Below the pieces are notes generated by a model that was given only the letters and a program-made list of their open reading frames with translations, did not search any database and had not been told where the DNA came from. A DNA stretch of 64,000 nt from Castellaniella sp. (GTDB lineage: Bacteria > Pseudomonadota > Gammaproteobacteria > Burkholderiales > Burkholderiaceae_B): positions 21,207-85,206 of the forward strand of contig NZ_JBATXG010000003.1 in assembly GCF_049673105.1 (NCBI RefSeq). Direction: 5' to 3'. Each line of letters opens with the position of its first letter. The stretch's first letter is position 1. The translations under genes and the position numbers were made by a program. Positions 10,328-20,224 of this stretch are shown here, in pieces.

Positions 10328-13160
10328 GGCTGCGCTGTTCGCCATCGCCAAACAGGTTGTCTGCACAGCGCCCGCACAGTTCCGGGTGTTGCGCATCGCG
10401 GCCCACGTCGGCGCGATGGTGCCAGCAGCGCCCGCACTTGTCATGGGTCGACGCCTGCACCTGGATCGCCAGGGCGCCGTTGTCTGCGTGCACGTCGGCG
10501 CGGGACACCAGCATGACAAAGCGCAGATCGTCGCCCAGACTGTGCAGCAGGGCCAGATCGTCGCCGCTGGCGAGGTAGTCGATTTCCGCTGCCAGCGAGG
10601 AACCGATTTCCCCCCGTGCGCGCACGGCTTCGATTTCACGCATGGTGTCGGCGCGGATCTCGCGCAGACGGGACCAGCGGGCAGCCAGTTGTTCAGCGTC
10701 GGCGGTCACCGGTACGGCATGGAACAGTTCGGTGAAGATGGTGGGCGATGCGGGATTGCCGCCCAGATCGGCCCAGGCTTCTTCCACCGTGAACGACAGG
10801 ATCGGCGCCAACAGTTTGAGCAGCGCATGCGTGATGTGGTGCAGGGCCGTTTGGGCAGCGCGGCGGGCCGCGCTGTCCTTGCCGGTGGTGTACAGGCGGT
10901 CCTTCAGAATATCCAGGTAGAAGGCACCCAGGTCTTCAGAGCAGAAGATCTGCAGGCGGGCGACCGCCGTGTGGAATTCGTAGCGCTCGTAGGCGGACAG
11001 GACTTCCGCCTGCATGGCGGCGGTCATCTGCAGGGCGTAGCGGTCGATTTCCAGCAGATCATCGGGCGCCAGCAGATCGGTGGACGGATTGAAGTCCGCC
11101 AGATTGCCCAACAGGAACTTCAGGGTGTTGCGGATACGGCGATAGGATTCGACGACCCGGTCCAGGATCTGCTTGGAGATCGACAGCTCGCCGGAATAAT
11201 CGGTGGATGCGGTCCACAGACGCAGGATTTCCGCCCCCAGGGAATTGGCGATTTCCTGCGGGTAGACCACGTTGCCCACGGATTTGCTCATTTTCTTGCC
11301 CTGGCCATCGACCACGAAACCGTGGGTCAGCAGGGCTTTGTAGGGCGGACGCCCGTACAGCATGCAGCCGGTCAGCAAAGATGAGTGGAACCAGCCCCGG
11401 TGCTGGTCGGAACCTTCCAGGTAGAGATCCGCCGGCCAGGCCAGTTGCTGGGCGTGGGATCCTTTCAGGCTGTGATCCTGACCGCCCAGCACCGTGGCGT
11501 GAGTGGTGCCGGAATCGAACCAGACGTCCAGCGTGTCGCGGTTCTTTTCGTATTGATCGGCCTCGTCGCCCAGCAAATCGCGCGAGTCCAGGGTCTGCCA
11601 GGCCTCGATGCCGTCGCGTTCGACGCGCTCGGCCACCTGGTCCAGCAGTTCCGGCGTGCGCGGGTGCAGGGCGCCGGTTTCCTTGTGCACGAAAAAGGCC
11701 ATGGGCACGCCCCATTGGCGCTGGCGCGAAAGCGTCCAGTCAGGGCGGTTGGCGATCATGGCATGCAAGCGGGCGCGACCCCAGGCCGGGTAGAAGGCGG
11801 TGTCGTCCACGCCTTGCAGAGCCATTTCACGTAGGGTCGGGCCGCTGGCGGGTTGCACGTCCATGCCGGCGAACCACTGGCTGGTGGCGCGGTAGATGAT
11901 GGGGGTTTTATGGCGCCAGCAGTGCATATAGCTGTGCGCGTGCGATTCGGTGTGCAGCAGGCTGCCGGCCTGGTCCAGGGCGTCGACGATCTTCGGGTTG
12001 GCTTTCCAGATCAGTTCGCCGCCAAAGAGCGGCAGGCTGTCGGCGTAGTGGCCGTTGCCCATGACGGGATTGATCATGTCCGCGTCGCTCAGGCCGTGCG
12101 CTTTGCAGGAAATGAAGTCTTCCACCCCATAGGCGGGGGCGGAGTGCACGACGCCGGTGCCGGAATCCAGGGTGACGTAGTCGCCCAGGTAAACGGGTGC
12201 CAGGCGGCGATAACCGGCGTCTACCTCGTAGAGCGGATGGCGGAACGTCAATCCGGCCAGGGCCTGGCCGTAGGCGCGGGCGAAGATCTCGCCTTGCAGG
12301 CCCCAGCGTTGCAGGCAGGATTCGGCCAGTTCGCTGGCGACCAGCAGCAGCGGTCCGGTGGCGCGGGGCGCGGAGAGGCGCACCAGCGCGTATTCGTGAT
12401 CCGGGTGGATGTTGAGCGCCTGGTTGGCGGGGATGGTCCAGGGCGTGGTCGTCCAGATGACGATGGCGCCGGCGTCGACTTGGCCGTCCAGGCCAAAGGC
12501 GCGGGCGACCGCCGCCCGGTCGTCGAATGCGAAGGCCACATCGACGGACGGATCTTTGCGGTCAGCGTATTCGACCTCGGCCTCGGCCAGGGCCGACCCG
12601 CAGTCAAAACACCAGTTCACAGGCTTCAGCCCGCGAAAGACGAAGCCTTTTTCCATGATGCGGGCGAGCGCCCGCAGCTCGTCGGCTTCGTTGCCCGGAT
12701 TCATGGTCAGGTAGGGATTGTCCCATTCGCCCAGCACGCCCAGGCGCTTGAAGTCAGTGCGCTGACGCTCGATCTGTTCGGCGGCATAGGCGCGAGCCTT
12801 GGACTGGACCTCGGCCACCGGCAGATGCTTGCCGTATTTCTTTTCGATCTGGATTTCGATCGGCATGCCGTGGCAGTCCCAGCCGGGCACGTATTGCGCG
12901 TCAAAACCCGCCATGTCGCGGCTTTTGACGATGATGTCTTTAAGGATCTTGTTGACCGCGTGGCCGATATGGATGTCGCCGTTGGCGTACGGCGGGCCAT
13001 CGTGCAGAATGAATTTCGGCCGCCCCTGAGCGGCCTCCCGGATCACTGCGTAAATCTTTTTTTCTTCCCAGTCGGTGATCCAGCCCGGCTCGCGTTTGGC
13101 CAGGTTGCCCCGCATGGGGAAGGGAGATTCGGGCAGATTCAGGGTGTCTCTATAGTCCAT
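10320..13160 (-). CDS. ileS: Isoleucine--tRNA ligase
   Basis: 946 aa with HIGH ([10 protein letters not shown]) and KMSKS motifs and a C-terminal Zn-finger (CGRCWHH...CGRC). Confidence 0.97.
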   Translation of the reverse strand: MDYRDTLNLPESPFPMRGNLAKREPGWITDWEEKKIYAVIREAAQGRPKFILHDGPPYANGDIHIGHAVNKILKDIIVKSRDMAGFDAQYVPGWDCHGMPIEIQIEKKYGKHLPVAEVQSKARAYAAEQIERQRTDFKRLGVLGEWDNPYLTMNPGNEADELRALARIMEKGFVFRGLKPVNWCFDCGSALAEAEVEYADRKDPSVDVAFAFDDRAAVARAFGLDGQVDAGAIVIWTTTPWTIPANQALNIHPDHEYALVRLSAPRATGPLLLVASELAESCLQRWGLQGEIFARAYGQALAGLTFRHPLYEVDAGYRRLAPVYLGDYVTLDSGTGVVHSAPAYGVEDFISCKAHGLSDADMINPVMGNGHYADSLPLFGGELIWKANPKIVDALDQAGSLLHTESHAHSYMHCWRHKTPIIYRATSQWFAGMDVQPASGPTLREMALQGVDDTAFYPAWGRARLHAMIANRPDWTLSRQRQWGVPMAFFVHKETGALHPRTPELLDQVAERVERDGIEAWQTLDSRDLLGDEADQYEKNRDTLDVWFDSGTTHATVLGGQDHSLKGSHAQQLAWPADLYLEGSDQHRGWFHSSLLTGCMLYGRPPYKALLTHGFVVDGQGKKMSKSVGNVVYPQEIANSLGAEILRLWTASTDYSGELSISKQILDRVVESYRRIRNTLKFLLGNLADFNPSTDLLAPDDLLEIDRYALQMTAAMQAEVLSAYERYEFHTAVARLQIFCSEDLGAFYLDILKDRLYTTGKDSAARRAAQTALHHITHALLKLLAPILSFTVEEAWADLGGNPASPTIFTELFHAVPVTADAEQLAARWSRLREIRADTMREIEAVRARGEIGSSLAAEIDYLASGDDLALLHSLGDDLRFVMLVSRADVHADNGALAIQVQASTHDKCGRCWHHRADVGRDAQHPELCGRCADNLFGDGEQRSHA

Positions 13161-14115
13161 GGGAGGCGAAATAGTCGCGAGCGCCTTGCACGTCCTGGCG
13201 GATGGCGGCGATCAGGGTGGTTAAGTCGGGAAAGGATTCCTCGTCGCGCAGAAACTCGAGAAATTCAACGCATACCAGTTTACCGTAGGCGTTTACCTGC
13301 CGATCGAGGATATGTGTTTCCAGCAGCAGGGGGCCGTCGCGGGTCACGGTGGGCCGCACCCCCAGGCTGGCGACCCCCGGCAGCGGCGTGTCTTGCAGGC
13401 CATGCACCCGCACGATGTAGATGCCCGACCGCGCAGCGCAGGGGGCCGGGACACGCAGATTCAGTGTCGGGAAACCCAGGTCGCGACCCAGTTTCTGGCC
13501 GTGGATGACGTGGCCGCTGATGCGAAAGGGGCCGCCCAGCAGCTGGCTGCTGTGTGTCAGATTGCCCACCGCCAGCGCGGTGCGCAGGGCGGAACTGGAA
13601 ATGCGCTGCCCGTGGTTGTCATTGATGTCGGCGATGGTCTCGACCGTGAAGCCATGTTCCTGGCCCATGCGCCGCAGCAGGTCGATGTCGCCGCTGCGCT
13701 TGTGGCCGTAGCGAAAGTCCTCGCCCACCAGCAGCCAGCGGGTGTTCAGGCCTTGCACCAGCAGCTGGCGGATGAAGTCTTCGGCGCCCATGTCGGCCAG
13801 ATGCCGGTTGAAGCGCTGAATGACGATCTGGCGCATCCCGTGGGCCGCCAGCAGGGCGACTTTGTCACGCAGGCTGCTGATCTGGGTGGGGATGAGTTCC
13901 AGACGCCCCCCTTGGCGAGCGAAAAAGGCGCGCGGGTGGGGGGAAAACGTCATGACCGTGGGTTCCAGACCCAGCGCCTGCGCCTGGCTGCGCACCTGGG
14001 CCAGAATGGCCTGATGCCCCCGGTGCACCCCGTCGAAATTGCCGATGGTCAGGGCGCTGGGGGCGGCGGTGTCGCGCCGGGGCAGCGCGCGGTAGAGGCG
14101 GGGAACGGGTTTCAC
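13150..14115 (-). CDS. ribF: Bifunctional riboflavin kinase / FMN adenylyltransferase
   Basis: [14 protein letters not shown] lies about 20 residues after a GTG at 14115, and GFPTxN and GVRPT motifs follow. There is no in-frame ATG between the non-homologous track start (14244) and the conserved region. The start is less certain because no obvious SD is present. Confidence 0.85.
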   Translation of the reverse strand: MKPVPRLYRALPRRDTAAPSALTIGNFDGVHRGHQAILAQVRSQAQALGLEPTVMTFSPHPRAFFARQGGRLELIPTQISSLRDKVALLAAHGMRQIVIQRFNRHLADMGAEDFIRQLLVQGLNTRWLLVGEDFRYGHKRSGDIDLLRRMGQEHGFTVETIADINDNHGQRISSSALRTALAVGNLTHSSQLLGGPFRISGHVIHGQKLGRDLGFPTLNLRVPAPCAARSGIYIVRVHGLQDTPLPGVASLGVRPTVTRDGPLLLETHILDRQVNAYGKLVCVEFLEFLRDEESFPDLTTLIAAIRQDVQGARDYFASHGL

Positions 14116-14141
14116 GTCGGAGAGTTTACAATTTCGGGTTT

Positions 14142-14304
14142 GGGATCCTCTGAATAAGTCGAGCGGAAAGCAGGCGCTGCGGATAGTAACCGGATGCAAG
14201 GCGTAAACCGCAGCGATAGCCGTAGCTATCGCGAGGATTTGCAACGCCGCAGACGGTTACTATCCGCAGATGCATGCGACGCGGTGACTTGTTCAGAGGA
14301 TCCC
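14142..14304. repeat. 163-nt imperfect palindrome (possible MITE-like element or structured RNA) filling the ribF/purN divergent intergenic region
   Basis: Outer arms GGGATCCTCTGAATAAGTC / GACTTGTTCAGAGGATCCC match 18 of 19. Inner arms CTGCGGATAGTAACCG / CGGTTACTATCCGCAG match 16 of 16. The apical hairpin is GCGATAGC-cgta-GCTATCGC. Confidence 0.7.
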
Positions 14305-14336
14305 TATCCCTTGATTTTATGTCGGAGAGCACAGGC

Positions 14337-15005
14337 ATGGAGCATACCCCCGAACGACCGTTGCGGGTGGCGATCCTGATTTCGGGCCGGGGTTCGAATA
14401 TGCAGGCGCTGGTGGACGCCGTGATGGCGGACCACCTGCCGGTGCGGGTCTGCACCGTGCTGGCGAACCGGGCCGATGCGGCGGGGCTGGATTGGGCGCG
14501 CGCGAAGGGGCTGCAGGCGGAATGTCTGTCGCATCGGGATTTCGATAGCCGCGATGCTTTCGATGCGGCCTTGCGGGCGCGCCTGGATGCGCTGGCGCCG
14601 GATGTCATTTTGCTGGCTGGTTTCATGCGGGTGCTGGGCCATGATTTCGTGCGCCATTTCAATGGCCGCATCATCAACATCCACCCCTCTCTGTTACCAG
14701 CGTTTCCAGGCCTGCATACGCACCAGCAGGCGCTGGCGCAGGGGGTGCAGTGGCACGGCTGCACCGTGCATTTCGTGACGCCCGTGCTGGATCATGGACC
14801 CATCATCGCCCAGGGCGCCATTCCGGTGTTGGCGTCGGATACGCCGGACAGCCTGGCCGCCCGGCTGCTGCCGGTCGAACACCAGGTGTATGTGCAGGTG
14901 CTACGCTGGTTGGCCGAAGGCCGGGTAACGCTGAAAGACGACGGTCGGGTTCAGGTGGCCGGTGTCGATCATCGAGCCTGGGCGGGCGACACACTTTTTG
15001 AATGA
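14337..15005 (+). CDS. purN: Phosphoribosylglycinamide formyltransferase
   Basis: RVAILISGRGSNMQAL, AGFMR and NIHPSLLP motifs. GGAGAG sits 7 nt upstream of the ATG at 14337. Confidence 0.92.
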   Translation: MEHTPERPLRVAILISGRGSNMQALVDAVMADHLPVRVCTVLANRADAAGLDWARAKGLQAECLSHRDFDSRDAFDAALRARLDALAPDVILLAGFMRVLGHDFVRHFNGRIINIHPSLLPAFPGLHTHQQALAQGVQWHGCTVHFVTPVLDHGPIIAQGAIPVLASDTPDSLAARLLPVEHQVYVQVLRWLAEGRVTLKDDGRVQVAGVDHRAWAGDTLFE

Positions 15006-15015
15006 CAGGATAGCC

Positions 15016-16554
15016 ATGAGCACGAATGAATCGCGGGATCGCTCCCGCAAACGCCCTGCGGATGGCCGCACGCGACGCAGCGACGAGCGGCGACCGCAGC
15101 AGGATGCGGCCGACCGTGGGCGCGGCGCCAGGCGCCTGGCTACGGATCGCGCAGTGCGCCCGTCTGCAGGCCGCCCAGGATCGGATCAGGCGTCGGCGCG
15201 GCCCTACATCATGGCCGCTGCCCGCATCGAACAGGTCCGCCAGGTGTTGGGCGAGGCCCTGCAATGGCAGTATCCTGCCGATGCCGTGTTGTCGCACTGG
15301 TTCCGGGGGCGTAAGCAGGTCGGTCAGCGGGACCGGGGAGAAATCGCCGAGGCCGTCTTCGACGTGTTGCGCCACTTGCGCCGCTATCGGCAGTTCGCCG
15401 AAAGCGGGCAGGGGTCCGCGACCCGCCGCCTGGCCGTGCTGGGCCTGGCTTCGGTCTGGCCGCGCAGCACCTTGGATACGGGGCTGGACGAACACGAACG
15501 CGCCTGGCTGGATTATGTGCAGGCTTTTCCAGTGGACAGCCTGCCCGCGGGGGTGCGTTACAGCGTGCCGGAATGGCTTGAAGCCCGCCTGAGCAGCCTG
15601 ACCGATGCGGAATCGCTGCTGCAGGCCTTGAATCAGACGGCGCCGCTGGACCTGCGCGCCAATCCCATGAAGACCGATCGCGACGCCGTGCTGGCCGCTT
15701 GGTCGCAGGGGCCGGAGGCCCGCTGGGCGGCTAAACCCACCCCGTATTCTCCCTGGGGCATCCGCATCCAGGGGCGTCCGCCGGTGAACCGCTGGACGTC
15801 GTTCGAGCGCGGCGAGATCGAAGTCCAGGACGAAGGCAGCCAATTGCTGGCGGCGCTGGTCGCGCCCAAACGCGGCGAAATGGTCATTGACTACTGCGCC
15901 GGGGCAGGCGGCAAGACGTTGCTGCTGGGGGCGCTGATGCGCTCCACCGGGCGCCTGTATGCCTTTGATGTGTCGGCTGCCCGGCTGGCGCGGGCTAAAC
16001 CCCGTTTTGCCCGCAGCGGTTTGTCCAACATCGTGCCGGTGGCGATCGCCGAGCGCCATGATCAACGCGTCAAGCGTCTGCGCGGCAAGGCTCACCGAGT
16101 CTTGGTGGATGCGCCCTGCAGCGGTCTGGGTACCTTGCGGCGCAATCCCGATCTGAAATGGCGCCAGCATCCGGAATCCCTGGAGCAGCTGTGCGCCACG
16201 CAGGCGGCCATTCTGCGGGATGCGGCGGCGTGCGTACGCCCCGGCGGGCGGCTGGTCTATGCCAGCTGCAGCCTGTTGCCGGAAGAAAACGAACACCAGG
16301 TGCAGGCGTTCCTCGCGGAATACCCCGAATTCACCCTGCTGGATGCGGGGGCCGTCCTGGCGGATCGGGGTATCGTGCTGACATTCGATGGGCCGATGTT
16401 GCACCTGCGTCCGGACGTGCACGGCACGGACGGGTTCTTTGCCGCCGTGATGCAGCGCAACCCGGCCAAAGACCCGCAAGCTGATGCGCCGGCCCCGGAC
16501 AGCGAGGTGGAAACGGAAGCAGCGCCGCAGGAAGACACACCGGACCCGGCCTGA
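15016..16554 (+). CDS. RsmB/NOP2/Sun-family SAM-dependent RNA (m5C) methyltransferase with an Arg-rich N-terminal extension
   Basis: DxCAGAGGKT, DAPCSGxGTLRRNPD and YASCS catalytic motifs. AGGA ribosome-binding site upstream of the ATG at 15016. The first ~75 aa are R/D/S-rich and low in complexity. Confidence 0.85.
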   Translation: MSTNESRDRSRKRPADGRTRRSDERRPQQDAADRGRGARRLATDRAVRPSAGRPGSDQASARPYIMAAARIEQVRQVLGEALQWQYPADAVLSHWFRGRKQVGQRDRGEIAEAVFDVLRHLRRYRQFAESGQGSATRRLAVLGLASVWPRSTLDTGLDEHERAWLDYVQAFPVDSLPAGVRYSVPEWLEARLSSLTDAESLLQALNQTAPLDLRANPMKTDRDAVLAAWSQGPEARWAAKPTPYSPWGIRIQGRPPVNRWTSFERGEIEVQDEGSQLLAALVAPKRGEMVIDYCAGAGGKTLLLGALMRSTGRLYAFDVSAARLARAKPRFARSGLSNIVPVAIAERHDQRVKRLRGKAHRVLVDAPCSGLGTLRRNPDLKWRQHPESLEQLCATQAAILRDAAACVRPGGRLVYASCSLLPEENEHQVQAFLAEYPEFTLLDAGAVLADRGIVLTFDGPMLHLRPDVHGTDGFFAAVMQRNPAKDPQADAPAPDSEVETEAAPQEDTPDPA

Positions 16555-16572
16555 TTCACCCGGTCGCGCTGG

Positions 16573-16605
16573 CCGCGCCTTTTTGGGCGCGGTCTCTTGC
16601 TTTCC
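16573..16605 (+). terminator. Candidate intrinsic terminator after the methyltransferase gene
   Basis: CCGCGCC-tttttg-GGCGCGG followed by TCTCTTGCTTTCC. Confidence 0.45.
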
Positions 16606-16657
16606 GTCGCGGGGCGCGTGGTCTACACTGAAGGCCTTCCCCCCTTGCTCGCACATC

Positions 16658-17866
16658 ATGAACACCTGGCTATCCTTTCTGCAGGGCGGCGTCCTGCAAC
16701 TGGGCCCCTGGGCCTTGCTGGCGGTCACTCTGATCCTGACCCACATCACCATCGTGGCCGTCACCCTGTACCTGCACCGCAGCCAGGCGCATCGGGGGGT
16801 GGATCTGCATCCGGTCGTGGCGCATTTTTTCCGCCTCTGGCTGTGGCTGACGACCGGTATGGTCACCCGCGAATGGGTGGCCATCCATCGTAAACATCAC
16901 GCCAAATGCGAACGGGAAGGCGATCCCCATTCGCCCGCCGTCTTTGGCCTGGCCCAGGTGTTTTTCCGTGGCGCGGAACTGTACCGCGACGAGGCGAGCA
17001 ATCCCGACACCCTGAAGCGCTACGGCCACGGGACACCGGACGACTGGATGGAACGGCACGTCTACGGACGGCACAATCTGCTGGGCATCGTCCTGATGCT
17101 GGGGATCGATCTGGCCTTGTTCGGCGTGATCGGCCTGACCATCTGGGCCGTGCAGATGGCCTGGATTCCGTTCTGGGCCGCCGGCGTAGTCAACGGCCTG
17201 GGCCATGCCTGGGGCTATCGCAATTTCGCCTGCCCAGACGACAGCACCAATGTGTCGCCCTGGGGCATCCTGATCGGCGGGGAAGAACTGCATAACAATC
17301 ATCACGCCTACGGTACCTCGGCGAAATTTTCGTCCAAATGGTACGAAATCGACCTGGGTTGGGGGTATATCCGGGTGCTGCAGGCGCTGGGGCTGGCTCA
17401 GGTGCGCCGTGTGGCGCCGCGTCTGCAGTGGCAGTCCGATGGGCCGGTGGCCATCGAATCGCTTAGCCAGGATCAGCTGCAGGGCATCATCGCCCATCGC
17501 TACGACGTCCTGGCCCGGTATTCCAGCATGGTCAAGGCCGCTGTGGCGCATGAACTCAAGGCCCTGAAATTGCGGCGCTGTCTGGCCGAACGCCGGTTGC
17601 TGCGGCGTTGCCGCAAGTGGCTGGTGCGCGATCCGCAGGCGCTGGCGCCCGTCGAACAGGCGCAGGTGGCTCATGTCCTGTCGATGGCGCCGGCCCTGTC
17701 TACTTTGCTGCAGATGCGTCGCGAACTGACGGCGCTGTGGGAATCTTCCAGCGCCAGCAGCGATCAGCTGCTGGCCGATTTGCGGGCCTGGTGCCAGCGG
17801 GCGCAAGCCAGCGGCATCGATGGTCTGGAACAATTCGCGTATCGACTACGCTCTTATGCTGCATGA
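16658..17866 (+). CDS. Membrane fatty-acid (acyl-lipid/acyl-CoA delta-9 type) desaturase, DesA-like
   Basis: Three His boxes (HRSQAHR, HRKHHAKCE, HNNHHAY) and N-terminal transmembrane segments. Start at MNTWLSF. Confidence 0.85.
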   Translation: MNTWLSFLQGGVLQLGPWALLAVTLILTHITIVAVTLYLHRSQAHRGVDLHPVVAHFFRLWLWLTTGMVTREWVAIHRKHHAKCEREGDPHSPAVFGLAQVFFRGAELYRDEASNPDTLKRYGHGTPDDWMERHVYGRHNLLGIVLMLGIDLALFGVIGLTIWAVQMAWIPFWAAGVVNGLGHAWGYRNFACPDDSTNVSPWGILIGGEELHNNHHAYGTSAKFSSKWYEIDLGWGYIRVLQALGLAQVRRVAPRLQWQSDGPVAIESLSQDQLQGIIAHRYDVLARYSSMVKAAVAHELKALKLRRCLAERRLLRRCRKWLVRDPQALAPVEQAQVAHVLSMAPALSTLLQMRRELTALWESSSASSDQLLADLRAWCQRAQASGIDGLEQFAYRLRSYAA

Positions 17867-20223
17867 TTGAAGGTCTGAACGAACAACAACGCGCCGCCGT
17901 CACCCTGCCCGCGCAACACGCTCTTGTCCTGGCAGGGGCGGGTAGTGGCAAGACTCGGGTGCTGACCACGCGCATGGCGTGGCTGATCCAGACCGGCCAG
18001 GTCGGCCCTTTCGGCCTGCTGGCGGTCACCTTTACCAATAAAGCCGCCCGCGAAATGCTGTCGCGCCTGTCGGCGCTGCTGCCCATCAATACGCGCGGCA
18101 TGTGGGTCGGCACCTTTCACGGCCTGTGCAACCGTCTGCTGCGGGCGCATTTCCGCGAAGCCGGCCTGCCGCAGACCTTCCAGATTCTGGATAACGCGGA
18201 TCAGCTCTCGGCCATCAAGCGCATGCTCAAGGCCAATGGCGTAGATGATGAACGCTTCCCGCCGCGTGATGTGCAGCGCATGATCAATAGCGCCAAAGAA
18301 GACGGCTTGCGTCCCGATGACCTGGATGTGCGCGACAGCCATGCGCGGCGGCTGGCCGATCTGTACCAGCGCTACCAGGACCAGTGCGAACGCGAAGGCG
18401 TGGTGGATTTCGGCGAGCTGCTGTTGCGGGCCTATGAACTGCTGCAGCGCGAGGCCCCGATTCGCGAACACTATCAACGCCGCTTTCAGCATATCCTGGT
18501 GGACGAATTCCAGGATACCAACGTGCTGCAGTACCGCTGGCTGATGCTGCTGGCGGGCAGTCAGACGCCGGTGTTCGCCGTCGGCGACGATGATCAGTCC
18601 ATCTATGCCTTTCGCGGCGCGAATGTCGGCAATATGGCGGATTTCGAGCAGCGCCATGCGCACGGCAACGTCATCCGCCTGGAACAGAATTACCGGTCTC
18701 ACGGCCATATTCTGGACGCCGCCAACGCCCTGATCGCGCACAATGCCCACCGCCTGGGCAAGAATCTGTGGACCGAGGCCGGCGAGGGCGAACCCCTGCG
18801 CGTGGTGGAACAAGCTTCCGATCAGATGGAGGCCCAGTGGTTGGTCGATGAAATACGCGCCCTGTTGCGCGAGGGCCGGACCGCTCATCAGATCGCCATC
18901 CTGTACCGCAGCAATGCACAGTCGCGGCCCATCGAACACGCGCTGTTTTCGGCCCGCGTGCCGTATCGCGTCTATGGCGGTCAGCGCTTTTTCGAGCGCC
19001 AGGAAATCAAGCACGTCCTGGCCTACCTGCGCCTGATCGACAATCCGCATGACGATACGTCCTGGATGCGGGTGGTGAATTTCCCCACGCGCGGGATCGG
19101 CGCGCGGACACTGGAACAGCAGGCCGATGCCGCCGCGCAGTACGGCACCAGCCTGGCGGGCGCCGTGGCGTATGTGCCGGGTAAAAGCGGCAGCAGCCTG
19201 GCCCGTTTTGCCACGCTGATCCGCGAGATGGCCGAGGCCGCCCAGTCACTGGATTTGCCGGAACTGATCGGCCACGTGGTGCATCACAGCGGTCTGGAAG
19301 CCCATTATCGGGCCGACCGCGAAGGGCAGGATCGGCTGGACAACCTGCAGGAACTGGTCAATGCGGCTGCCGCTTTCGTGGCGGAAGCCGGTCTTCAGGG
19401 GCTGGTCGCAGGCCGGATCCCGGAATTTGCGGCGGGTGGAACCGTGCCGGCGGTCAACGGGCGCTCGGCGGTGGATAGCGTTTCCGGCGCCGCGGCAGCC
19501 GTCGATCCCTTTCCCTCAGAGGCCGACGTCGATGCGGAGCTGGCGCCGCCCGCCGTGATGTCGCCCCTGGGCGCGTTTTTGAGCCACGCCTCGCTGGAAG
19601 CCGGTGACAATCAGGCTCAGGCGGGCGAGGACGCCGTGCAACTGATGACCGTGCACGCTGCCAAGGGCCTGGAATTCGATATTGTCTTTATCACCGGTCT
19701 GGAAGAAGGCCTGTTTCCGCACGAAAACAGTCTGCTGGACGCTGGCGGCCTGGAAGAGGAACGCCGCCTGATGTACGTGGCGATCACCCGCGCGCGGGAG
19801 CGCCTGACCTTGACCCTGGCGCAAAGCCGCATGTTGCACGGCCAGACGCGCTACGCCCTGCGTTCGCGATTCCTGGAAGAAATCCCCGAACAGGATTTGA
19901 AATGGATCACGCCGCGTCAGCGCGCCGCAGCCCCTGAACAATCGCCCGTCTGGCGCGGCGCATTCCGCCGGGGTACAGGCGGCTGGCAGGACGAGGGCGG
20001 CAGCAGTTTTGCGCCGCGCGCGCCGCGCACCCGCACCGCCGACGTCACGGTCGGCGATCAGTGTTTCCGCATTGGCGCCACGGTGCGCCACGGTCGCTTT
20101 GGCGAGGGCACCATCGTGTCCTTGAGCGGTTCCGGCACCGAAGCTCAGGCCCAGATCGAATTCCACGATGTGGGCACCAAGACCCTGGCCCTGGGCGTGG
20201 CGAAGCTGGATATTTTGCAGTGA
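17863..20223 (+). CDS. uvrD: DNA helicase II (UvrD)
   Basis: AGAGSGKT, TFTNKAAxEM, VDEFQDTN, YRS, TVHAAKGLEF and VAITRAR helicase motifs. The ATG overlaps the desaturase stop (ATGA). Confidence 0.93.
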   Translation: MIEGLNEQQRAAVTLPAQHALVLAGAGSGKTRVLTTRMAWLIQTGQVGPFGLLAVTFTNKAAREMLSRLSALLPINTRGMWVGTFHGLCNRLLRAHFREAGLPQTFQILDNADQLSAIKRMLKANGVDDERFPPRDVQRMINSAKEDGLRPDDLDVRDSHARRLADLYQRYQDQCEREGVVDFGELLLRAYELLQREAPIREHYQRRFQHILVDEFQDTNVLQYRWLMLLAGSQTPVFAVGDDDQSIYAFRGANVGNMADFEQRHAHGNVIRLEQNYRSHGHILDAANALIAHNAHRLGKNLWTEAGEGEPLRVVEQASDQMEAQWLVDEIRALLREGRTAHQIAILYRSNAQSRPIEHALFSARVPYRVYGGQRFFERQEIKHVLAYLRLIDNPHDDTSWMRVVNFPTRGIGARTLEQQADAAAQYGTSLAGAVAYVPGKSGSSLARFATLIREMAEAAQSLDLPELIGHVVHHSGLEAHYRADREGQDRLDNLQELVNAAAAFVAEAGLQGLVAGRIPEFAAGGTVPAVNGRSAVDSVSGAAAAVDPFPSEADVDAELAPPAVMSPLGAFLSHASLEAGDNQAQAGEDAVQLMTVHAAKGLEFDIVFITGLEEGLFPHENSLLDAGGLEEERRLMYVAITRARERLTLTLAQSRMLHGQTRYALRSRFLEEIPEQDLKWITPRQRAAAPEQSPVWRGAFRRGTGGWQDEGGSSFAPRAPRTRTADVTVGDQCFRIGATVRHGRFGEGTIVSLSGSGTEAQAQIEFHDVGTKTLALGVAKLDILQ

Positions 20224-20224
20224 T

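Noticed and set aside
14194-14379. 61-aa ORF inside the ribF/purN palindrome, and the N-terminal extension of the ribF track ORF to 14244
   Set aside because: Both are read out of the palindrome itself. They have no ribosome-binding site and no homology. RibF homology begins about 20 residues after the GTG at 14115.
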